64,000 bases of DNA from Paramoeba atlantica (Eukaryota > Protista > Discosea), in NCBI GenBank assembly GCA_977017575.1, contig CDRNVI010000033.1:62001-126000 (forward strand), written 5' to 3'. Of the stretch, positions 1 through 8,495 are shown in pieces. The notes under the pieces are model-generated. The model was not told the origin of the DNA and made no database searches. It saw only the letters and a program-made list of their open reading frames with translations. The translations under genes and the position numbers were made by a program. The first letter of the stretch is position 1, and every line of letters begins with the position of its first letter.

Positions 1-328
1 CGATTCGGAGGAATCACTGTAGACTTTCAGTAAAACCATGTGCGACTCAGTTAAAAAGATTTATTATAAAATTTATTGCTGTATATCTTGATTGTACGCA
101 GCGATTTAACGGGTGGGATCGACGAGGGGCTTTATAGCCTCATCTCTACGTTCTCGAATCCGCGCTGCTAGATTAATACCAAATACAGCAACGCATACTC
201 GGTGAAAAAAGCGATGGTTATTACAAAATTGCGAGAAGAAGTCAAGGGCGCCGGGGAAGAAACTTTTCAAGCCCTATATGTCACCAAGAAATGGATGAGG
301 CGTAGTATTTTATGAGATCTGTATCGAA

Positions 329-392
329 TACTACCCCCCCTTACTTAATAAGGCTCTGTTTTTAGGGCAAAAAGACCCATTAAAGGGGGATA
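329..392. repeat. degenerate copy of the family C terminal hairpin
   Basis: TACTACCCCCCCTTACTTAA...TTTTAGGGCA...TTAAAGGGGG aligns to the reverse complement of 3670-3736. Confidence 0.5.
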
Positions 393-770
393 CATGGAAT
401 ACATTGTACACACAATTACATTGTACATTCGCGTCACATTTTTTTCATTATTCTCAAACAAGGCCCTGCTGCATTATGATGCACTTTGTGCTGCTCTGGT
501 AGATTAAAACAAAATGCCGCTTCGTGGCGGATTCGACAATTAATTTGACTCCCAGAAAATTTTCTTTGGTCTTCTAGAAAAAATAATATCCTTAATATTC
601 CTATTATTAATAGGAATCCTTAATAATTAAGGGGAGTGGGCGCGTAGCCCTATTAAACATGGGGTATAGAGTCTATACCCCATAGTAGTATAACTCACCT
701 CTCAAGCGTACGTGATTGATTTGAAATTGGCTTGAAAAGCCTTTAGTATTGTCTTTTCGTTTTACTTCCA

Positions 771-1172
771 ATGCTATTACCTTCCTACCGGGCTTCCAGG
801 TTGATAGATCCCTCAAGATTTCGACAACAGGTGTTGATTATGCGCGGGTTTCTAGACGCTGTAACAAATCGCAGTTGGAACGTTGGATGGGCGATGTTTC
901 CTATGGATGTCCGCGTTATGATTAGCTTATGCTGTTGTATTCACTACATTTCTCGACACAATCGTTGGATGTGCGAGAGAGAGGATGTAGAACGTACAAT
1001 GCTCCGCCGGTGGGGTGGCTCGGTAGAATCGGTCCGTAAAAGTTTGAGTAAGGAAGATCAAATCCGTGTTCGCACGTACGTTGATTTTGAAGACTATTGT
1101 GCGATGTTTATTCCTAACTATTTGTTACACAAACCAGCGGGATTTCATGCTTTGGAGGGTGAAGAGGCATAA
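771..1172 (+). CDS. hypothetical protein (133 aa)
   Basis: ATG-initiated ORF co-oriented with the cluster; no family recognised; true start could be a downstream ATG. Confidence 0.5.
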   Translation: MLLPSYRASRLIDPSRFRQQVLIMRGFLDAVTNRSWNVGWAMFPMDVRVMISLCCCIHYISRHNRWMCEREDVERTMLRRWGGSVESVRKSLSKEDQIRVRTYVDFEDYCAMFIPNYLLHKPAGFHALEGEEA

Positions 1173-1542
1173 AACATGTTTTATTTGCAGCGAAGTACGA
1201 GATAAAAAATAGGGCAGAACCCTTCAAAAAGAATGCTTGACTCCAGAATAACTGTGGTACGAGTTTTTACATAAAATGTTGTTTATGTCAATTGCATTAG
1301 CGCCATAAATTTGAGTGGCAAAACCATAATTTTTTAGCTAAATATCACTAAAGATATTCAGGAAATGTAGCTTAAAGATGCATTCATTTAATAAAAACAA
1401 AATTGACAAAGTCATACAGTAAGATGTTGGTTAATTTCTCTATGATTCAATTCTACTTGAGCGAATTCTTTCAATTGCTCTTGCACACGGCTTTACCTCC
1501 AAAGCTTTCTGACATATAGGTCTTGATGGCCGAAATATTTCG

Positions 1543-3276
1543 ATGACCGAGAGATTGGTGACAGAGACTTGCGATTCATTACTTCAGCTTTCGTTTTTTG
1601 GGTTTCCACGTTTGACCTTGGAATCCGTTCTTTTAAACTCTGTAGCTGCAGGAGCTTGTATTGTTGCCTGGCAAAAAGATGAGTATCTTTTAAGCTACAC
1701 TCTTTGTTTTCTTATTGGGTACTCCATTTACTTGGAAAGAAATTGTTTTCTAGGTACAAAAGAAAGGCCGCCTGAGGCTGCAGTTATTGGATTGCCGGCA
1801 TGTCTGCTTTCTGCCCCGATTCTTTTGACTACTTCCCATTTGTTTGCTGTTGCCTCAAAAGGGAACGGATTTGGGGACGAACCTCTAGTAGAGGTTAGTC
1901 ATGCTTCTGTCGTAGTTTTTCTTGTGCTGTTTTACTTCGTGCTGTCCGTCCTATACGTTCTGAGAACAGAATGCCGAAGGATATTTGCATCTATTAGCTT
2001 GCTTGTCTCTATAATAGGATGGATGTTCAACCACTCTACCCTTCAATTAACTAAATCATGGTGTGATCTAACGTTTTCAATTGGAGTTGCTTTGCTTGGT
2101 CATAGTATAATGCTTCAAATATCATCATACGTTTACACATTTGCAGACGAATTCTGCGCGTACCGGATTAGCAGAGAAGTGGGGTTTCTATTTAATGTAT
2201 TTGCGGTCTTGTACACAAATCACTTTCTATTAGACTCTTACGCTACAGAGATTCGTGATGAACATAAAATTTTGTTCGCAACGTATTGCATCGCCCTCTA
2301 CGGTTTGAGTCCTACAAGCAAGAAGCGAACTCGAACCTTACGTCGCCACTATTTAGCTTTGGCAAGTGCTATTGCCTTTATTTATATGTTTTTTCTCGTA
2401 AAATTTGGGAAAAACTTATATAAAAATTGGATTTCTGCGGCATTTCTATTTCATTTCTTGGCAGGTTGTATCTTTCTAGCACTTGTTCTGTACATTACGT
2501 ACCCTGTGCAGGGGTTTTCTCTACATGCGAAACATCAACCGAAAAAGTCGAATGCGCAGTGCTTTCTACGTATAGGCTGTACTCAAAAAATTATAGCACG
2601 CAAGGTTTTTCATTACTTTTTTGTTTTTCTCACTTTTTGGGCTTTCTATTTCGAGTACAGCACTCAAATTTGCTTATACATACTTGAACTGATTACTATA
2701 GCGGCATTCTTTGTAGAACTGCTGCGTTCAAAACTATCCATAAAGTGGAAACTACGTCAACTTATTGATCGCTACTATCACGCGTACGCCGACGAACGCG
2801 ATCGCGGTATAATACGTAGTCATATCTACCTTTTGCTCGGTGTTACATTACCATTTCTCTCCTCCACTTACCCAGTGATTCAAAGCAAAGCTGACACAAT
2901 AAAAGATTCGAGGTGCCTCCTAGCTCCTCCGTATATAGGAATTTTGGCCTTAGGAGTCGTGGATAGCACTGCGGCAGTGGCAGGAAGTATTTGGGGTACT
3001 CACAAATGGAATGACTTATTCGGACTGCGTCATACACAACATACATATTTGTCTGCCAAAACTATTGAAGGTAGCATTGCGGCGCTTGTGATATCTACCT
3101 TAGTAGAAGTGTTTTTCAGATCAGGGCTAGGATATCCGACGTCTCTTTCTGATACTTTACACATCGCATTCAACATATCGCCCTTGTGCGTGGCGGAAGC
3201 AATGATAGACTCTTCCGATAATTTGCTTCTCCCTTTCTTCGCAATGATTTTGGAACAACTTAAAAGTATGTGTTGA
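1543..3276 (+). CDS. DOLK: dolichol kinase (CTP-dependent polytopic membrane kinase)
   Basis: Many TM segments; motifs ARKVFH, DERDRG...SHIYLLLG, GVVDSTAAVAG...KW...KTIEGS, DNLLLP typical of SEC59/DOLK. Confidence 0.88.
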   Translation: MTERLVTETCDSLLQLSFFGFPRLTLESVLLNSVAAGACIVAWQKDEYLLSYTLCFLIGYSIYLERNCFLGTKERPPEAAVIGLPACLLSAPILLTTSHLFAVASKGNGFGDEPLVEVSHASVVVFLVLFYFVLSVLYVLRTECRRIFASISLLVSIIGWMFNHSTLQLTKSWCDLTFSIGVALLGHSIMLQISSYVYTFADEFCAYRISREVGFLFNVFAVLYTNHFLLDSYATEIRDEHKILFATYCIALYGLSPTSKKRTRTLRRHYLALASAIAFIYMFFLVKFGKNLYKNWISAAFLFHFLAGCIFLALVLYITYPVQGFSLHAKHQPKKSNAQCFLRIGCTQKIIARKVFHYFFVFLTFWAFYFEYSTQICLYILELITIAAFFVELLRSKLSIKWKLRQLIDRYYHAYADERDRGIIRSHIYLLLGVTLPFLSSTYPVIQSKADTIKDSRCLLAPPYIGILALGVVDSTAAVAGSIWGTHKWNDLFGLRHTQHTYLSAKTIEGSIAALVISTLVEVFFRSGLGYPTSLSDTLHIAFNISPLCVAEAMIDSSDNLLLPFFAMILEQLKSMC

Positions 3277-3391
3277 ACTATCTTAGAATAAGTTAGTCAA
3301 AGTTAGTCAAAATCTTAGTATCAGGGATACGCTGGGAAAATACGTGAATTAAAGTGTTGAATTTTTTTAGCGTGAATTTTATGCAAGATGT

Positions 3392-3736
3392 TACTTTGCC
3401 CCCCTTACTTAAGAGTCCTTAACTACTTACAGTAAGAGTCCTTGAGGCTTCGACGAAGCCTCGGGCTGCCTGCGGCACGAAGCGCCGCCAGATTACTTTT
3501 TTTAAATTTACCACTCCTGATGTGCGTGCGTAATGGGGAAGTATGTTTGGGGCCTCCTCGTGGTCTTCACTGGCACTTCTATCTTATCGATAATACAGAC
3601 GCCGACCTTCATCAGAGAAAAAAACATAAGCAAGAAAAGTAACCGGCCATATTGAAATTTTGTGAAAAATACCGACCCCCCACTTAAGAGTCCAAATGCC
3701 CAAAATCGGCGGACTCTTAAGTAGGGGGGTGCAGTA
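3392..3736. mobile_element. TA-flanked MITE-like element, family C (341 bp between the TAs)
   Basis: Left TA-CTTTGCCCCCCTTACTTAAGAGTCC; right GGACTCTTAAGTAGGGGGGTGCAG-TA; internal hairpins at 3444-3462 and 3670-3736. Confidence 0.65.
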
Positions 3737-3760
3737 CCAAAATCGAACAAACACATAGAC

Positions 3761-4101
3761 TACTCCTCTTCTCAGTAATTTCTATAAATGTCACTCCTAA
3801 TTTTTCAGAAAAAAATTATCGATTTTCAAAATATTATGTTTTTGAAGAAAAGAACAGGAAAAGCTAGGATAGAAGGGAGAACACCGCAGAAAAATTTGAC
3901 CCTCACTTCCGACAAGGTCCTTGGATCTCACGTTCCGCGATAGCTTATCGAAGAAAAATAGCGTTTTTCCATCAGGCAGAATCATTTAATCAGGACTTTT
4001 TGCCTAACGATTCTCATTAATTTCTATAAATATACAGTGTAACTATAAATTTTCTTTTTTCTTATAATTTACATTTATGGAAATTAATGAGAGGAGGAGT
4101 A
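3761..4101. mobile_element. TA-flanked AT-rich MITE-like element, family E (Stowaway-like termini)
   Basis: 3761-3791 and 4071-4101 are inverted repeats with 3 mismatches in 31 bp; ends TA-CTCCTC...GAGGAG-TA. Confidence 0.65.
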
Positions 4102-4126
4102 ATAGTAAGTGTAGTAGTAGTAGTAA

Positions 4127-4207
4127 TACCGTATACCCCCCCCAGTAAGAGAGATTTGGCCATTTCGACCCAAAACCAATTCTTTTACTGGGGGGGGGTA
4201 TACGGTA
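4127..4207. mobile_element. 77 bp TA-flanked mini TIR element, family A/B
   Basis: TA-CCGTATAC8AGTAA...TTACTG9TATACGG-TA; its loop is an inverted copy of 4245-4280. Confidence 0.65.
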
Positions 4208-4223
4208 GTAGTAGTAGTAGTAG

Positions 4224-4504
4224 TACCGTAGACCCCCCCAGTAATAGAATCGATTTTGGGTCAAAATGGCCAAATCCTTGTTACTGGGGGGGGTACGCTT
4301 TTTGGGTGAGAAAGGACCTGTTTTGTTCATGAGTGCGTTGATTTTCAGCCTATCCAACCCCGCAACCACGCCATTCGCTCCCTCGCAACCGCCCTCACCC
4401 GCCCAAACACGCCCACCCGCCCAAATACCCCCCCCCCTCCAACGACACTCCCGATCCAAATCCTTGTTACTGGGGGGGTCTATTACTGGGGGGGGTCTAC
4501 GGTA
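4224..4504. mobile_element. 277 bp TA-flanked MITE-like element, family A/B
   Basis: TA-CCGTAGAC7AGTAA...TTACTG8TCTACGG-TA; homologous copy at 50139-50446. Confidence 0.72.
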
Positions 4505-4635
4505 GTAGTAGTAGTAGTAAGTGTAGTAGTAGTAAGTGTAGTAGTAGTAAGTGTAGTAGTAGTAAGTGTAGTAGTAGTAAGTGTAGTAGTAGTAAGTGTA
4601 GTAGTAGTAAGTGTAGTAGTAGTAAATGTAGTAGT
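4502..4635. repeat. tandem array of 15-mer GTAGTAGTAGTAAGT (8 units) in (GTA)n context
   Basis: Read directly; AAGT/AAAT marker recurs every 15 bp from 4519 to 4627. Confidence 0.95.
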
Positions 4636-4693
4636 TCACTTACTAATAGTAATACTATTTCTTTTTTAATCGTAGCACTATTTTTTATCAGAT

Positions 4694-5530
4694 ATGAGTT
4701 CTATGGATTCTCAGGAGCAAAAAATATTTCCTGCAAAAATTCGTGGTGCAAAATTTCCACAGGAAATTGAGCTTGCACGCTTCATTGGCAATGTTACGCA
4801 CGATGAACCGTCGTTTGCACCTGATACACCAGCATGCAACTGGCGCTGCACTAAATGTGACTCTTCAGGTCGTATAAGCTTGATAGGCTTGGAGGGTCCC
4901 AATTATGGTTCCCTAAAAGGGTCACTGGCATGGTCTTGGCTCCCGCTAAGCATTAAAAAAGTAAGAATTATACTCACTTCACTTTCAGGATTCATACTCA
5001 CGGACATTCTTCCTAACGGTATGAATGAGCTGCATCTAGAAGCAAACTTTTTTGGGGGAGACTTCGACGCTACTTCACTTCCACTTGATCTTACTACCCT
5101 CTCAATTCGCAATAATCGTTTTAGTGGCGCTCTTGAGTTGATAAAGCTGCCTGATAAATTGCGCATTGCCAATTTTTCGGTTAACAAGTTTTTGGGGCAT
5201 ATTGATCTTAGCAACTTGCCTCCGGCGTTGGACAAGCTCTACTTGAATCAAAATAGATTTTCAGGGCAGCTTGATTTGTCACGACTTCCAATTCCACTTA
5301 CGGAGCTCTTTGTATATCGCAATATGTTTGAAGGCGAGCTGGGACTGGGCTCCTTACCCCCCAATTTGAAATATATTGCTGCATGGGACAATAACTTTAG
5401 TGGAGTCCGTGATTACAGCAAGCTACCGGATCTCGTGGAAGAGATTAATCTTTCAATGAACCGTATTCGACTTGCGCGGGATTCACCCGTGCCTCACACG
5501 GTGAAAATCGGTAAACAACGGCGGAATTAA
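4694..5530 (+). CDS. leucine-rich repeat protein
   Basis: Repeated LPxxLxxLxLxxNxFxGxLDL units. Confidence 0.88.
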   Translation: MSSMDSQEQKIFPAKIRGAKFPQEIELARFIGNVTHDEPSFAPDTPACNWRCTKCDSSGRISLIGLEGPNYGSLKGSLAWSWLPLSIKKVRIILTSLSGFILTDILPNGMNELHLEANFFGGDFDATSLPLDLTTLSIRNNRFSGALELIKLPDKLRIANFSVNKFLGHIDLSNLPPALDKLYLNQNRFSGQLDLSRLPIPLTELFVYRNMFEGELGLGSLPPNLKYIAAWDNNFSGVRDYSKLPDLVEEINLSMNRIRLARDSPVPHTVKIGKQRRN

Positions 5531-5836
5531 CCCATCATTACACAAAAAAACATTTCATTTCCTCCATTTTTTTAATTCTCCAGGCATCTGCAGGAATTGT
5601 CAGCATACCCTCCAATATCTTAGACGGTGTTACAGGATAACATAACCCCGTTATCGTGTTACAGGTATGTTATTTCCGGTCCCAGTTTATAACTTTTCAG
5701 CTTCCACGATAATTAGTTTTAGTTAGTTTTAAGTGCTTTAACTATGATTAAATGCAGTTTCATACATTTAATTTACTAAGGTCGTTTTTTGGTATTGTGG
5801 TAGCACTCTTCGTAATTCGTTGCCATTACCTTACAA

Positions 5837-7117
5837 ATGTCCGATCGCAGTGCTTTGCAATCACTGTGTGAAAATTTATCTAACATAGAACTCTCAAGAG
5901 ACGAGGGCATCAACTTTTTTCAGAGTACTGATAATGTGGGTTCCTTGCAAAATAGTGCGAAAAGGGAAAATCAACCAGACAAAGATACGCCAAAAACGGA
6001 AGCTACTTTTTCAGAGTGCTTTGATTTACTTGAGTGCATCTTTGACAGAAATCTACACAGCGAGCGTGACAGCGAATCTGAAATCACTACTGAATCAGAC
6101 GTCTCGAACACTGAACAAGAATACCACATGGATTTACCTACAGAGCTACTTCCATTGGATGTGGAAAAACCGAACCGCTCTTGTCTCATTCCTTCGCCGC
6201 ACACTGTATGGAAAGCCCGCCACAAACAGACGTCAAGGCTATACGCTGTGAAATTTTTATCATCGCGAAACAGTAATCACGTTTCTGCAGAACGTGCCAT
6301 ACATACGGAGGTTAAGACACATCGCGTGTTGTCACATCCGTATATTATTCGACTATGTGGTTACTATGCAAACGTACGCTCCGAAGTCCACGTTACAAAA
6401 AGACCACATAAAGGACTACCTGCCCTCGTACTGGAGTACATCGAGAGTGGAAGTTTGGATCGACAAATTAAAAACCGCCGGATCCAGAAGAATTTTCCAG
6501 TGTTCGAGGAATGGGAGGCCTCTCACATCATCTCCCAGTTGTGTAGTGCTGTGAGATACCTTCATGAGGTGCATAAAATAGCTCACTGTGACATAAAACC
6601 TGGGAATGTTCTGTACGACCGCCAGCGTAGAAGAGTAAAACTGGCTGATTTTGGACTCGCCTGGGGACCCAGACAATTTGAAAGCGTAGCAAAAGAATCT
6701 TCTGCTCAAAGCGCGGAGCTCATTCTAAGTAGCAACGCGTGCAAAGGAACACTGGACTATATGGCCCCAGAACAGGTATCTGGCGAGATAAACAAGGAGA
6801 GCCTGCGAAAAGTTGATGTGTGGAGCATTGGCGTGTGCGCCTATGAACTTCTTTTCGGCAAGCCACCGTTTCACCGTGACTCCATATCATCTACGTTGCA
6901 CGCGATAGTACATGACAGCGTAGAATTCGAACATGCCCTCAGAAATAATACCACCGAAAACAACAAAAAGATAGAAACGTCTATCTCTGCTCAAGCCCGA
7001 AGCTTTATTGAAAATTGCTTATCTATCGACCTTAAATCTCGACCGAACATTGATAGCATAATCAAACATGAGTGGCTGAATTTGGTTCAACAGTACGAAA
7101 GACAACCAAACCCGTGA
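5837..7117 (+). CDS. Ser/Thr protein kinase, Aurora-like, non-RD (HCD)
   Basis: YAVK, HPYIIRL, HCDIKPGN, LADFG, GTLDYMAPE, DVWSIGV, GKPPF; subfamily call tentative. Confidence 0.85.
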   Translation: MSDRSALQSLCENLSNIELSRDEGINFFQSTDNVGSLQNSAKRENQPDKDTPKTEATFSECFDLLECIFDRNLHSERDSESEITTESDVSNTEQEYHMDLPTELLPLDVEKPNRSCLIPSPHTVWKARHKQTSRLYAVKFLSSRNSNHVSAERAIHTEVKTHRVLSHPYIIRLCGYYANVRSEVHVTKRPHKGLPALVLEYIESGSLDRQIKNRRIQKNFPVFEEWEASHIISQLCSAVRYLHEVHKIAHCDIKPGNVLYDRQRRRVKLADFGLAWGPRQFESVAKESSAQSAELILSSNACKGTLDYMAPEQVSGEINKESLRKVDVWSIGVCAYELLFGKPPFHRDSISSTLHAIVHDSVEFEHALRNNTTENNKKIETSISAQARSFIENCLSIDLKSRPNIDSIIKHEWLNLVQQYERQPNP

Positions 7118-7325
7118 TTAGAATAGATTCTATTCTTTTTCCGAGCATCCTAGAGTTCAATATGTATTGTTAGAAAAAACAATCGTAACCCTACGAACAC
7201 TCCCATTACCCTACTGAGCTCTGTTCCTTTTTTCCTCTCCTCCACATCTCTCAACACCTCAAAAATAATAATACACTAGCGACCTTTCTATTTCCTTCCC
7301 TTCCCCTCCCCCTTTCCCCCCTCCC

Positions 7326-8330
7326 ATGGACGTCAAAATCCTCGCCTCGCGGCCGGACTACCTCGAGTTCGCGCTCCACCACGTCGACAACTCCCTGGCC
7401 AACGCGCTGCGCCGGGTCATGATCTCCGAGGTCCCGATGCTCGCGATCGATGAGGTCACGATCCGGTCCAACACCAGCGTGATCCACGACGAGATGCTGG
7501 CCCACCGGCTCGGGATGGTCCCGATCTGGTCCGCGGCCGCCCCCCAGATGAACCTCGCGTGGGGGTGCCCCTGTGAGGGGGGCGTCGGGTGTACCCGGTG
7601 CACCGTGGAGATGGAGCTCGCGGTACGGTGCCGTGTCGGGGAGCTCTCCCGCGCGGTGACGGCCTCGGATCTCCGCGTGACCCCGGGGCCGCTGGCGGAG
7701 CAAGTTTACCCGGTGAAAGGGACCCATAACGAGGGGAAAGGGGTGTGGTTGTGTACCCTGGGTCCGGGACAGGAGGTTAACCTGCGGTGTGTGGTGCGTA
7801 AAGGGATTGCAAAGGAACATGCGAAGTGGATGCCGGTGGCGACGGTGGGGATGCAGTATGAGTCGGAGATTACGTTGCATGAGGAGGCGCTGGGGAGGCT
7901 CTCGCTGGCGGAGAGGAAGGCGTTTCCAAAGGTTTGCCCTGTGGGGGTGTTTGCGTATGATGAATTTCATGATGAGATTGTGGTAGAAAACGCGGACAAG
8001 TGTATCTTTTGTCAGGATTGCGTCCAGCCGGAGGGATCAAAGGAGGAACTGGTGACGGTTCGGTACAAATCCCCGTCGTTGAACAAATACAATTACGTTT
8101 TCCGTGTGGAGGGTATAGGTGTGTTGCCCATGGAATATATCTTGCGGACCGCAGTGGAAGTGCTAGTCAATAAACTTACTACTTTTAAAGATTCATTATC
8201 TGGAGAAAAGGAAGCGAAAAAGGTGAGCAAAGGTGAGGATATTCAAAATGCACCAGAAAAGAATGATGGGGGGCCCTTTGCAAGTGAGACGCCACCAGAT
8301 ACAGGTTTGATGAGTGTAGCCTGGGTATAA
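7326..8330 (+). CDS. RPB3: RNA polymerase II subunit RPB3 (alpha-like)
   Basis: SLANALRRVMISEVP, NTSVIHDEMLAHRLG, CPCxxxxxCxxC zinc loop, KGIAKEHAKW. Confidence 0.88.
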   Translation: MDVKILASRPDYLEFALHHVDNSLANALRRVMISEVPMLAIDEVTIRSNTSVIHDEMLAHRLGMVPIWSAAAPQMNLAWGCPCEGGVGCTRCTVEMELAVRCRVGELSRAVTASDLRVTPGPLAEQVYPVKGTHNEGKGVWLCTLGPGQEVNLRCVVRKGIAKEHAKWMPVATVGMQYESEITLHEEALGRLSLAERKAFPKVCPVGVFAYDEFHDEIVVENADKCIFCQDCVQPEGSKEELVTVRYKSPSLNKYNYVFRVEGIGVLPMEYILRTAVEVLVNKLTTFKDSLSGEKEAKKVSKGEDIQNAPEKNDGGPFASETPPDTGLMSVAWV

Positions 8331-8495
8331 TTTCCCTGTTCTATTGTGTTGCCCACCTTTCTGAGGGTTGTAATTCATAAAACACAAGAAACGAAGAATA
8401 TTTTTTTGCTTAAGAATCTATTTTATAAAGGATACTGTTTACACAAGTCCTTGTGTCTGCTTTGATTTCAATTCATATTTCTTAGTTAAACCGAT

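Noticed and set aside
4127-4504. Repeat-spacer pattern as a CRISPR array
   Set aside because: Units are inverted, irregularly spaced and eukaryotic; no cas genes
4043-4639. 198-aa minus-strand poly-Tyr ORF and overlapping small ORFs
   Set aside because: Translation of the GTA/15-mer array and MITE hairpins; non-ATG start; opposite to the cluster
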